A stretch of 64,000 bases of DNA from Amoebidium appalachense (lineage: Eukaryota > Protista > Ichthyosporea): assembly GCA_963693365.1 (NCBI GenBank), contig CAVNZM010000009.1, forward strand, positions 514,963-578,962, read 5' to 3'. Position 1 is the stretch's first letter. The number at the start of each line of letters is the position of its first letter. The position numbers and the translations under genes are program-made. This document shows positions 39,205 to 52,880 of this stretch, piece after piece. The notes under the pieces are model-generated. The model was given only the letters and a program-made list of their open reading frames with translations. It was not told where the DNA came from and did not search any database.

Positions 39205-39370
39205 CCCTTGCTCATGCATGCTAGCCCAACATTAGCCACATGCACTTGTCAGACTAGCCACACACCATCCTTTGCTAGATTGCACTCCAGCCAACATCGC
39301 ACCAGCCCCCCCCCCCCCCCCCCCCCCCCCTCCCCCTCCCCCCCCTCGTGTAGCACCTCCCCATTTCCCA

Positions 39371-39470
39371 CTACGTGTCTCCCGGCACCACCCTGACTGC
39401 AGCATTTACGAGTTGGGCAGCCGCCATGGTGTCATCAAGGCGCCGACGTAGCCGGTCCTTAAACACGGCA

Positions 39471-39551
<81 letters not shown>

Positions 39552-41231
39552 TTTGCTAGTGTGCGTTTTTGAGTTCGTGCACGCAATTCAGCGGGGCCAG
39601 GCGAGGCGGCAAGGGGGAAGGGGGCCGGAGGAGTGGGTGGGTGGGTTGGGGGGGGGGGGGGGGGGGGGGGGGGGGAGGGGGAATGAGCCAAACGGGGTGC
39701 GAAGGGTAGCAGGGGCTAAAACGTAATGTAGAAACCAAATACTTCCCGGAAAATGATGTAGCAAACGAGGACATCAACCCAGGCATGCAGGGTGCTGCAT
39801 GGAGCCCGCTTTCACAACAAACCAACAGGGCCTGGAGGGGGCGAGGGGGGGGAGGGAGGGAGAGGGAGGGAGGGAGGGGGGAGGGGGGGGGGGGGGGGGG
39901 CTCTAATTACGTCAAAGGTGAGGCGATGGGGTGCATCGTCGGGCAGGCAGGTGAAGATGAAGGAGAAGAGGGCCCTCACAAGGTCACTGCGGTAGAACCG
40001 ACGCATAATGCTGCTGCCGTCTTGCGGGGGGGGGGGGGGGGGGGGGGGGGGGGAGTGGGGAGAGGGGGAGAGGGGGAGAGGGGAGAGGGGAAGGGGGAGG
40101 GGGGGGAGGGGGGGGAGGGGGGGGGGGGGAGGGGTGTCGTTAAATTGGTGGCTCAAGCGGGCTGGTGACAGGGGATAGTGGGTGATGCCGGTGGGTAAAC
40201 GGGTGTAGTGGGTGGGAGCGTGGGAGGGCAGTGGGAGCATTTAGCAGATGTGACTGTGTTGCGTCTGTAGCTCTAAGCCCACCACCAAAAATGCCTGTCT
40301 GCTTGGCATGGAGGACTCCCCGGGCATCGGGGGTGGAGAGGGGTGTGTGCACTGTGTGTGTGTGTTTTTTTTGCCCCTTTCTTCTTTCTTTCTTTCTTTC
40401 TTTCTTTTTTTTCATTGGGGGGGGGGGGGGGAGGGGGGGGGGTTGGATGTGAAGGAAACAATATACTCTACAACGACCTTCAGCATAGGAGGGTGTGGTG
40501 CACATGGCATGTGTGGTGAGGGCAGACATGAAGCACACACAGGCATGCACGTGCACGCACAGGCATGCACGTGCACACACCCATCATCCTGATCTGCAGC
40601 CGTGTGACTTCCTCCTTCGGTGCATCTGCAGGGGGCTCAACGGGTAGTGGCCCGTATGGCTCATCGTCATCTGCAGGGTCAGGTTCGGGCCGGGGTTCGT
40701 CTTGGCCCGACCCGACATCATTAGAGGGTGCCCCGTCGGAGCCATGTTCCCAGTCTGGGCAATTATTGAGGTGTCAGTGTTCGGCTGGGTGCTTTAGCCA
40801 TAGCAAATATAAATGGTCCACTCTATCTAGCCATGGATATTATGAAGCGGCAAACCATGCCATAGTTGCTGTGGCATGTGTTACAGGCTCAATTGGTGAG
40901 GTGTAGTACGGTGAGGTGGAGCTGGTATGGGATGTGCATGTTAGAAGGGGGGGGGGGGGGGGAGGGGGTAAGATGGCGGGGAGGGGGAAGGGGGGGACAA
41001 CAACATACACATACCCCACACCCATCCAATCTTCACAACACCATTTACCATCACCACCACACGCACGTAAACACATGTGGGCACACACACACGAGAAGGT
41101 TAGCGGGATGATGGGGCAAGACTTGCCAGGCTGAATGATTATGGAACAGGAGTGTAGCCGGTTGCATAAAAAGGGGATGTTTTGGTTCGGTTGTGGTGAT
41201 CGCAGAGCGGTGCTAGTCGTGGCGGCGGATG

Positions 41232-41291
<60 letters not shown>

Positions 41292-41425
41292 CTACATTCG
41301 TCCCCATCGTCTTCCTGGTCGCTGTCTTTCTTCGGGTCGGGCCGTTTGGTGGGTCGGGCCGACTCAGCAAGTGAGGCCTCAATGGCTGCACGGAGCTGGG
41401 CATCCTCGTCAAGATCCACAACCCG

Positions 41426-41458
<33 letters not shown>

Positions 41459-42063
41459 CATTTGCATGTTCGTGTGCATGCAGAGTGTGTATGGTTGAGC
41501 AATCCCCTAATGTGCCACAGCATGCCACCCAGTATTCCCGTGAGGGAAGGAGAATCGGGGTGTAAGAGCGGGGAACGGCAAATCACAACTTGGGTATTGG
41601 CTATCCACATGAATATTTGAACATTAACACACGACGCACCAACAAACATGTATACATCCATGAACAGAAACACAGCATCCATGTTTAGCACCCCCCCCCC
41701 CCCCCCCCCCCCCCACCACCACCACAAAAAAAAAGCCACCCAACTACGTGCACAGAACTTTACAGGAGGACAATAGAAAAAGAAAAAACCAAACCAAACA
41801 AAAAAACACAAACAAACAACAACAACCAAAAAAACGAAAGAAACGTATGAGAAGAGGCAAAAAATAACACTGTCACACCTGTTTCTTTGGAGGGGGTGCC
41901 TGGGCCTCCTCCTGGTCCTTTAGGCTGCGCAGAAACTCACTCACTGCTCACACTGTCAGCTTGGCGCTTATGGAGAACAAACGTGTTTTATTCTCATGCC
42001 CAAGGGGGAGGGTGTGCGTGTGCGTACATGCGCTCTTTTCTTCTGAGTTTCTTGCGGGTTGTG

Positions 42064-42133
<70 letters not shown>

Positions 42134-42432
42134 CGTGCGTGTGCGTGTGTGCGCGTGTGTCGGTGTTGTGGTGATGGTGATGCTGGTCATGCTTGCCATC
42201 GCTTTCTTTTAATTTGCTGGAAGGGAAGGAGGGGGAGGGGGCGAGGACGAGGGAGGAGGAGCGGGGGGCGCAGGTTGGGTAGGGGTATATAATTTGTTCC
42301 ACAGTGCCAACTGCAAACGAACACCGGACAAGTATTGAGGATGCAAAAACGAAACAAAACGAGTATCCACGTATGCAGAGGGTGTGTGGTGGTGGTGGTT
42401 TGTGTATGTGTACGTGCCTGAATGTGTTTGTG

Positions 42433-42468
<36 letters not shown>

Positions 42469-42512
42469 ACAATGGCAAAAAGGGAGGACGACAGTGTGAG
42501 GCTCACACTGTG

Positions 42513-42601
<89 letters not shown>

Positions 42602-42772
42602 TGCGGGTGGGTGCATACCTTCGGCCACAAAGGCGGTAGCATCAGGCTTTGTGTTCCACTGCTTCAGTCTCTCCCCTACAACACCACAGGGCAAGGTGTG
42701 AGCTTTTCAAATAAAAATGGTGATGATAATGGAGTGTGCTAGAAGACTTGCGAGGACACAGCAGCCCCTTCG

Positions 42773-42835
<63 letters not shown>

Positions 42836-43785
42836 AAAAAAAAAAAAAACATCAAAATAAATAGATCAATAAAAAATAATAAAAAATAAAATAAAATAAA
42901 AACGGGGGGTGGGGTGGGGTGGGGGTGGGGGTGGGGGGGGGGGGAGGCACACCATCAATTCACACGAAGCACACAAGAAGGGCAAAAAGGAAACGAGAAT
43001 GCATCAGCAGGGACCCATCACCCCATGCTCCATACCCCCCCCCCCCCCCCCCCCCCCCCCACGCACACCCGCACACACGCCAACACACGTACCTGTGGTT
43101 GAGTCGATGATTGCAATGTGTGGGAACCCCTGAAATGGGTAGTATGTGCCGTATGCTTTGCCCTCAGGCGTGTCCACGTTGATCTGTGGCCTATTGTCAG
43201 CACACAGGCACACATGGATGGGTAGGAGTAGATTGCTCCGTTCAGTATGGTGGTAACACTCGTTTGTTCAGTATGGTGGTAACACTGGTTTGTTCAGTAT
43301 GGTGGTAACACTCGTTTGTGAACAAATAGAGGGAGGAGGGCGGTGTGTGTGTGTGTGTGTTCTTAGTGCAACAGCTTGAAATGGTGAGGGGGACTTAGGA
43401 AATGGCAAAGTATACAGCACACATGTTGATTTGGTGTATGCACAGGTAAGATCGTGTGTTTTTTGCAGCGTACAGAACAAGAAGTGCACGTGCCCAGACA
43501 AAATCATTGCTGCTACACATGCAAACCAGGCACATGGATACACATTCCCATATCCAAGCACCCCCACCAGCAAGCTCATTGCACATAACAGGTTAACACA
43601 CAAACACACACACACAAACATCCACCCACCCACCCACCCACCCACCCTCCCGCCCACCCATCCACCCACCCACCCACACCGGCAACATCCACCCACACAC
43701 CCACCCATACTGACACACGGACACGTACACACATCCGCCCACCCACCCTCCCACCCACCTAAACCCCCCCCCTCCCCCCCCCCTC

Positions 43786-43816
<31 letters not shown>

Positions 43817-44217
43817 ACCACACACACACCCACCCATCCACCCACCCACCCACCCACCTGCCACAGAATGAAGTTCTCCCTGACCAGGCGCACCACCGGG
43901 GCCTCTCTCCACAAATCTCTGTTGAGTGTCTGGCACACAAACTCATCGCTCTTCTGCAGGTTGGCTAGCACGTGCTTGCCCTCGTGTTGCCCCTGCTGCT
44001 TGGCCTGGGGGGGGGGGGGGGGGAGAGGGGGGGGGGGGGGGGGAGGGGGAGAATGGGGGGGATTAGAATGCCTTACAGAGTACGAAGCACATGTGAACTA
44101 GGGACAAGACAGTACATATTTCGTTGTATTTATTGAAAAAAGAGGGGAAAAAAAAGATAAAAAGACATCCACAAAGACCTGGGGGGAGGAAGGGGGGGGG
44201 GGCGGGGGTGGGGGGGG

Positions 44218-44307
<90 letters not shown>

Positions 44308-45155
44308 GGGTGGGAGGGAGGGAGGGAGGGAGTGAGGGAGGGAGGGAGAGAGAGAGAGAGAGAGAGAGAGAAGGAGGGGAGAGGTGAGGGATGTGAAGGA
44401 GGGAGGGGTGAGAGAGGCTTTATTGTTAAACTACCTCTTCACTTCATTGGTTTATGATGTCTCATTGGCCAATTTTCAATCGTACAGCACTTGTTGGGTG
44501 TTGCATGGCATGGCATGGCATGGTTGGGTGTTGCATGGCACCCGGGGGGGGGGGGGGGGGGGGTTGCCAACCTGGTTTAGTGAGCCAACAAACATCAGGT
44601 CCAGGGGGGGTCTAAACATTTTGGCCAGCGTATCCATCTTGTCAAGGTCACCAGCCCCCATTTCTGTCGGCCCATGCTAGATCAATACCACGTGTCGAAA
44701 CTAAAAAGGCACATGGAGCACACTCATACACACACACACTCACACAAACACCCACATATGTCCATACATACACACACCCCCCCCCACACACACATGCGAA
44801 CATACACATTCACACGCATCCAATAAATGTTCACCCACCAGCCATCCACAAAGACACGTATCCTTGTACAGATCCCCACCCTCCCCCCCCCCCCCCCCCC
44901 CCCCCCCCCCAACAACAACAAAAAAAAACAAAAAAAACAAAACAAACAAAAATCAACACGTACACAAACGCGCAGACACAAGCAAACGACACATGTAATA
45001 CCCCATCACCACTTTCAAACTGTCATATCGCTTATTTTGTGCATTTGAGCATCCCCCCCCCCCCCCCCTCCCCCCCCCCCCTCACCCTCCAGCCGCCCAA
45101 ATAGCACGGCCACACGGTTGGCCTCAAAGCACATGCATGCCCACACACACACACG

Positions 45156-45190
<35 letters not shown>

Positions 45191-46060
45191 CCAGCCAGTC
45201 ACATGACCCTATTTCTCCCAGTGCAAACACCCTGAGCACCCAGCCCCCACACAAGACACCTACTGGCCTCATCTCGAAAGTTCCGGAAAGCTTCCACGGG
45301 TTTCTTTGCAAAAGCATTCTGGGGCAGACTGTTGGGGTTGAATTCGTGCACTGCGGCGATGAAAGGGTTAATATCAGAAGAGAGAACTATTCAGTGTGCG
45401 GCATTCATCTTATGTTTTATGGGATTGTGACAGTTGTGCTGCAATCGAATGAGTGGGCTTGCATAGGTTGATAAGTTGGTGGAAGACGTGCTTCTGCATG
45501 AATGGCTTGCAGATAAAAGTTGTGATAGAACAGACAATCATATCCGGTATATTCCCTTTACCCACAAATATATAGTGAAAGCCGAACATGCACCACCACC
45601 TAATCAAGCTCGAGCCCACACATCCGATGCCCCCCCCCCCCCCCTTCCCCCCCCCCCCCCCCCCCCCCCCATACACCCCTATACAAGGGGGAAAAAAAAA
45701 GAAGAAAAAAATATTTGCCCTCCCCCAACCGTTCCCCCGATCATCCCTCCTTCCTCCCTCCTCCTCCCCGCCCCCTCTTTGACTGCCGGGGCCACCCACC
45801 CTGGTGTTCGACCAGTCTGGCCCTTGTTGCCGGTATGGGTGCACGCACCTCCTCCTCCCCATCCTGAACACCCCCCCACATGTCCTCCTCCTCCCCACCA
45901 CCACGCTGCCGCTTCTTGCCCCGGTCCTCTTTTCCTTTTGCACTGCTGGGAGGGTCTGTGAGGTTACGTAGCACACAGGCTCATTCCTACGGCTTGAGTG
46001 TTTTGAGGATGCCTGCCTATGCAATTGCATGAGCACATCCCAGCTCTTCAGGACATACGC

Positions 46061-46159
<99 letters not shown>

Positions 46160-46344
46160 CCACTCTCTCTCTCTCTCTCTCTCTCTCTTGCCACCTTCCC
46201 CCCCCCCCCCCCCCCCCCCCCCAACACAAACACCCACGTGTACATACATAAAAAAAGACGCACACACACACACACACACAGACACACATCCACAAACAAG
46301 CACATGTGCACACACCCACAAACACACTTACTCCCCCCCACTCC

Positions 46345-46383
<39 letters not shown>

Positions 46384-46787
46384 TTTTGGTTGTGACTGCG
46401 CTGCCTCCACTGTCCCACCCCCACCATCCAGAAACATCGACACCGCGGTTTCCAAGTCGTTTCCACATGCCTGCACCAAACACGGTCAGAGACACTTCAT
46501 GTGGTGCACTTAAGTCCATCTTTCCTCTTTGTAGAGCGACTGGACGGAGGATAGTATTTTGGGGGGCGGAAGGGTTGGGGGTTGGGGGTTGAGGTTTTGA
46601 GGGGGGGAACTAAGCTCTTGCCGCCCACTAACACACACACCCATTCTAGCAGATTTGCTCGAAATAGGGAAAGAAATATGATGTGTGTAGGATGAATGGA
46701 GTAACCGTGGTATCTGAATGCTAGGGGCGGTTGTGAAAGCCAGGGGGTAGAACTGAATATAGCTGCTTAGGCCCACGGTGGTTGCGA

Positions 46788-46821
<34 letters not shown>

Positions 46822-47563
46822 TTCCCCCCCCCTTCCCTCTCCCTCCCTCCCTCCTTTCCTCTTCTCCCTCTCCCTCTCCCCCCACCCTCTCTCCATCTCT
46901 ATCTCTCTCCCCATTCTCTCTCTCTCTCCACCTCCCCCCTCCCCCCCTCTCTCCCCCCTCTCGCTCTCTCTGTCTCCCCCTCCTCCTCCCCCCCTTCCCT
47001 CCTCCCTCGCTTCATCTTTCGCCGTTTCGTTCTAAACCTACCATACAATACCCCCGCAACCCCTCGTTACTAAGCCTCTCCCCACACCTCAGGATCTTAC
47101 ACACGGGCTGGCAAGAGTGTGTCAGAATATCAGAGGTAACAGAAAGTGGAGCTGGAGGGTAACTTCACACTCGACAGCACCTTGTCTGATGCGGATGCGG
47201 AGGATGCAGAGCAGGCACATGTACGGGAAGAAGTTGCATTTGAAGGGGAGAGGGGAGAGGGGTGGGGGGCGAGAGGGGGGAAGAGAAGGGGCGAGAAAGT
47301 GGGAGGGAGATCCAGAGAGAGGGAGGCAGCGAGGAAGGGTTTTTGAGTTAAAGGGGTATACGGATTGAGTTCGGTTGTGCAGCTCTGAGCTATTGGGGGA
47401 AAATACCATTTAAGGAGCCTGGGAGAGAGGGGGGGGGAGAGGGGGGGGGGGGTGGGGCGAAGGGGGTGGGGGGGGGGGGGGGGTCAGCCACCTCCAGCAT
47501 GTTCTGGGCCTCGACCACCGTGGCGCCGGTGATGTCCATAAACTGAGCAACAAGATCGTCCAT
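39371..47563 (-). CDS. UBXN7: UBX domain-containing protein 7-like p97/Cdc48 adaptor (UBA-like, UAS, UIM, UBX), ~13 exons
   Basis: Exon peptides: MDDLVAQFMDITGATVVEAQNMLE|ACGNDLETAVSMFLDGGG (UBA-like); EEEVRAPIP; TLAKMFRPPLDLMF; ANLQKSDEFVCQTLNRDLW..VRENFILWQ and FPHIAIIDSTTGE (UAS); DEDAQLRAAIEASLAES (UIM); LPVEPP..TRLQIRMM|DGSSIMRRF..TMAAAQLVNAAV (UBX). Approximate exons: 47563-47492, 46470-46382, 45945-45801, 45352-45265, 44663-44572, 44004-43858, 43183-43093, 42676-42619, 41943-41879, 41425-41297, 40754-40582, 40021-39911, 39472-39371. Confidence 0.92.
43240..43319 (+). repeat. 26-bp tandem repeat x3 in a UBXN7 intron
   Basis: GTTCAGTATGGTGGTAACACT(C/G)GTTT repeated three times. Confidence 0.9.
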
Positions 47564-48118
47564 ACTCGCAACAAAAAGAGCGGCTACAGAGCCACAGTGG
47601 CGCGCAGGAACATGTGGGCTCCTTGTGTGACTACTAGAGTTACAGTTTGACACTTCAAGTACACCACCGTGAGAGGCTAAGTTTTCTCGAGTTCTGTTTG
47701 GTTTTATTTCGCGCCATTTCATAGTCTGCGGACATGACGTCATTTCACTCTCTCTCAGCCCAGATATGTCCAAATATTGCCTGATGCAAGTAGTGGCTTC
47801 AGAGTGTAGACTAAACAATGGATGCCTCTGTGTGATTTTCACGTACCCCCGCAAACCCCACGCAAAACTGTTGACCAGTCTAGTTGAGGCTATGACCGAC
47901 CGATTATCGATGTTGTCTGTAAGTCATCTTCCTGTTACATATAAAAGATTCACCTCCTTTATAAATCATTTAGGCAAGTTTAAAGCAGGCCACACACCTC
48001 TATACCCATGCTTGACAGCACAATGGCACTGGATGATCAAGCCAACTTATTTGGCAGTTGACAACCCAAACGAACACCCCTGCGCTCTTAATCCCACGAT
48101 TAGTGTTGTAAGCACGCC
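47564..48118. promoter_or_regulatory. Divergent (bidirectional) promoter between the UBXN7-like and bHLH-CRAL-TRIO genes
   Basis: 555 bp of microsatellite-free DNA between opposing ATGs; contains TTTCGCGCC (E2F consensus, 47707-47715) and TGACGTCA (47735-47742). Confidence 0.5.
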
Positions 48119-48253
48119 ATGGCTGGTGTGGGCAATTATGTCAGAGCTGATTGTAAGCCTCCTAACAACCGCCCTGATGAATTGGCTGGAAATCAGACAA
48201 GCGCATGGGCAGGGGGAGAACAGAGCCTGGACGGTAAGTTTTTTTTTTTTTTT

Positions 48254-48284
<31 letters not shown>

Positions 48285-48327
48285 GGGGGGGAAGGGGGGG
48301 GGGGGGGAGGGGGGGAGGGGGGGAGGA

Positions 48328-48358
<31 letters not shown>

Positions 48359-49551
48359 AAGGGGGCGGTTAGTTGAACACTTGAAGAATTAGCCGTTTGA
48401 TGTGAGCAGGCATCTAAGTTCCTTGCAAATAACTAGAGTAGTGATAAGTAATATAGTAATATAGTAATATACAGTAATATAGGCACATGCCATCTAAAAT
48501 TGCACGACACAGCCAACTGCTGCTTCGTGTAGAGCGGACCAGTATTCCTCATTCCTTTCTCTACATTCTTCTCTTTCATGCTCTTCTTGTATGTAAAGAG
48601 CCGATAGTGGTAAGGGTCTAAAAGACACATGTGCATGAGTGATTAAAATGACAGGTGCGGTGGTATTGTCTCTGTGGATTCGTTGCTGCCTCTCGCGTTA
48701 GTGCTTTCTATTATTTGCCTAACACATGATGCAGCCCTGCTGATGGACACGTTTCTACGGCATCTGGACAACGCATTACTTGGTTCCGAAGACCGTGAAC
48801 CACGGCAGGTATGATATGGTGTGCATGCTGCAGGGTCTACTTCTTGAACTTCTTCCACCACGGCAATCAGCCCAAAGCTTTAGTCCTGACTTCGGTCCGT
48901 TCAGTGTTTGGCATGCATTCTAATTTCTTTTGGCCCATTAGCCAGAACACGGCATACATTCTAATTTCTTTTTGCCTATTTACCAGAAACGCTCTTCGTG
49001 GTGGTTGTGAGATAGTGTGTGTGAGTCTGCGCACGTACGTGTGCTCGTGGAGGAGGGTTGAACGGTTGTTCCGGGAGAGGGTGGGAAGGGGAAGCCATTC
49101 AGAAAGCTTGGTGGGGGGATTCGTTGGGGGTAGTCAGAAAATCAAGGTGGCCGGGTGGGGAAGCGGGGCTGACAGTTTCTGGCTGAGAAGTTTGTGGGAT
49201 ATTGGAGCTGGTAAGTGGATATAGGCACAACAAATTGATCGATGTAACTAGCCAACACCCCTTCTCTTCGTGTGAGGGGGCCAGGGGCAGAACAGAGGGA
49301 GGCTTCTGCTGATTGTGCGCCTCGGGAGGGGAGGAGAGGGGTTGGGGGGTTGGGGGGGGTTTGGATAAGGGCAGTAACGATACAACCGTTACACGTTGTC
49401 CGTCCTTGGGTTAACACCTAGAGAATAGTGGGGATGGAGGAAGAGGCGATTATCAAGGGTGATGAAAGAAAGAAAGTCCACATGGTAAGTTACTGACCAA
49501 CAACCCCCCCCTCCTCCCCTCCCCCCCCCCCCCCCCCCCTCCCCCCCCCCC

Positions 49552-49587
<36 letters not shown>

Positions 49588-50899
49588 TTCCTATGTAACC
49601 TACTCCTTTGTCCTCCCGTACACAGGCACGTGCCGGGTCTGGTTTCTCAGGCCCTCTTCATGCATCCAGCCAGCCGGAACTTTACCGCCACTCCCCCCTG
49701 CACTTGAAAGCAGTGGGAGATGGGGACCGGAGAGCCGACAAATCAAGCAGGAGCCTACAGCCAGCAACACGCACTATGGGCACTATGCAACCCAACATGC
49801 CCATTTGCAGGGGGCCCACCAGCACATGCATGGTGGGCACACACAGCAACAGGTTGCTGGGCACCAACCAGCAGACAGCTATCATTCCAGCAACCAACAC
49901 CATCACCCGCTGGGCCAATTTCACCGACCCAGGGCATCATCATTGGGTCAGAGGGACCGTAGCCAGAGAGCATTTTCAGGCGGCTTTGAGCATCCGGGTG
50001 GGCCGGGATCCCACACAGCAAGAAAGGGGCCCTCTCCACTAAGCGCCGACACCACCGTGTCTACACACAGTCCCCAGCCATCACAGCAATACCTAGTAGA
50101 CATGCGGCATTTCCAGTATCCACACCCCATCACCACATCTGACAGGGTGGGTAGACGGCCCTCCTGGGACCTGGGTTTTGCTTGCCACCCTTCCGGGCCA
50201 CCAGAAAGTCCCCATGCGGTATCACGGAGCATGAGTCAGATTGTGCTTGGACGGAGGGGGTCAGAGTCATCAATCCAGTCTGGGTGCTGGGCTCAGGGCA
50301 CTAAGGCCCCTGTGGGCAGAACAAGATCTAGGGCAGATGCGGGTCATTCAAGCCCGGCAAGGTGTGTGGTGTGTGCTGTTTGTGCTTTCTCTTTCTCTAG
50401 CTTGGCCACGCACTGACTTGCTCGCTAAAATATGGATTGTGGTATGGGTGAAGCTGAGTCCATCGCGCGTGTGCCCTAACTCTTTATCTCCTTGATGATG
50501 ACTTTCTTTCTTTTTCTCTTTCTTCTCTCTCTGCATGTGTGATATGTGTACGTGTGTGTGTGTGTGGGTTGGGGAGGGGGGGAGGGGGGAGGGGAGAGGG
50601 GGAGGCGGGGAGGGGGGGGGTTGGGCACGGCTTGTGCGGGGGTTCGGTTGCTTGAATGTTGGGTAAAAAACAATGGTGGATGTCTTTCAACCAATAGTAT
50701 ACGAGCCCTAATTCCAACTCTTCATTAGTTCTTGAGTGCTGCTTTTGGGCGTGCACGTGTATGTATGTGTTCCTGGACAACAGCTTTGGCACCTGTGTGC
50801 TTGGTCAAGGAGTGGGTGGGTGGAAAGCTCGGGGAGGGGAGACAGGGGGGTGGGAAGGTGCGTTTTTTTTTTTTTTTTTTTTTTTTTTTGGGGGGGGGG

Positions 50900-50930
<31 letters not shown>

Positions 50931-52437
50931 AGGGGGGGAGGGGGGAGAGGGGGTGATATGACTACAGACGTAGGGAGTGGTACGGCTATGTCCTGTGTTG
51001 GCCAACTTCAGCAACCACAATGCTGAGTCTGAATCACTGCTACTTTTCACAGGGCCGGGGTCAGAGAGCCTGCAGACCCGTTATCTCTGGTGGGTGGCTG
51101 TGGAAACGCCAATGGGCAATGCTGGGTTAGAGGGTTAGATAGAAGTTGCAGGTAGAGGGGGAAGGAGCATGAAGTAGGAGGTGTGTGGGGTGGAAGATGC
51201 ATTGTCGGTGGTTCGGAAGAAAGAATGGGACTTTATGGATTGCGCTGTTGGATAAGTAGATAAGCCGCATTATATTAGCCACCACCAACTATTACCCAAA
51301 GGCGTAACACACCCTTGGCATATTCTGATATATATCCCCCCCCCCCCCCCCTCCCCCTTTTTTTCTCGGGTGCATGCACCTTTGCTTTCATTGGATGCAC
51401 GGACACACACACACCATAATACCAAAAAAACATTTCGGGGAAAAGAGAGAGAGACACATGCACACCAGTCAAACTGGAACAGACATGCGCACACCTTTTT
51501 TTGTGTGTGCATACACTTGACATAACCACGTGACAGCCTGTCAGCACACACACCGTGGGACACACACACACACGCATGCACACGCACACACATGTACACC
51601 GCAGCGCGCGCACACACACACACACGCACACACACACAACACACACACACACACACACACACACAGCGTACATACACATACACATGCATATATACAAAAC
51701 AATGACACCCACACACCACACACAAATACACAAGCTCCGTACACGCACCGTTGCACAAACGGTCATCTGTAGGCACACATACACACACGCTAGTTTCTAC
51801 CGACAGTCTCACCTGAGCACACCTGCCCCAGCTTGCCTGCACGAACATGCCCTCACTCACGTAAATGACCACCTTCATTTTCACCATTCCCCAGTCTGGT
51901 AGTTTAGCTTGTATCGCGAGTTCATGCACTGCGCATTTGCATTTTTCAACCTACAGAACCAGCATAGCTAGTGCTGTGTTTAACCTGTGATATGCACACA
52001 CAGGGTCTTCGCAGGTCTGGGGCCATGACGGAGCAGCAGCGGCGAGACAGCATGAGGGACTCTCTCAGGGACCTGCAGATGCTGGTGCCCAACATGCGCC
52101 CAGGCACAACACGCGTGCGCATGCTGCAGCAATGTACGTGTCTTATATCTTTCTTGCTCGGTGCAGTTAGCAGTGGCCATGCGTTTCAACCAGGGATAGT
52201 ATCCGGGTACCAGGCAAAGAAGTTGGGAAGATGGTATCTGACATTTTTATCTTTGGGGCGTTATCAACTCCCATGCAATCGTGGTTTTTGTGCTTGCTGC
52301 TTTGCCTCTTATTTTCCGTGGGGAGTGCGGGGGAGAAGTTTTTTCTCCCTTTCTTTCTTTCTTTCCTTCTTTCTTTCTTTCTTTTTTTTTTTTTTTTTAA
52401 CTTTTTCTTCCCTCCCTTTTTTGGTGGTGGTGGTGGT

Positions 52438-52470
<33 letters not shown>

Positions 52471-52631
52471 GGAGGGGGATTTGCAAGCAGGATTGCAGCT
52501 ATTGTAGCATGAAGCTGCAGTGGGATGAGCGGACACCACATCCAGTGTGGCATGGGTTTTATTTGGGCCGTGCGTTCATGTCCTCCATTTAACTACACTA
52601 CATTCACAGATACTGAACACACACACACACA

Positions 52632-52687
<56 letters not shown>

Positions 52688-52841
52688 AACCAGCAGCAGC
52701 TCCCCCCCTCTCCCCCGCCTAGCCCCCCCACCCCCTCCCCGCCCCTCCCCCCTCCCCCCCTCTCTCCCAACCTCGGCACGTCCAAATACACCCATCCTCA
52801 CAGGCACCCAAATCGACCTGGGGGGGGGGGGGGGGAGGGGG

Positions 52842-52880
<39 letters not shown>

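Noticed and set aside
47766-48392. 208-aa ORF as the first exon of the plus-strand gene
   Set aside because: No recognisable motif. The overlapping frame from ATG 48119 has a good start context and the phase needed by exon 2.
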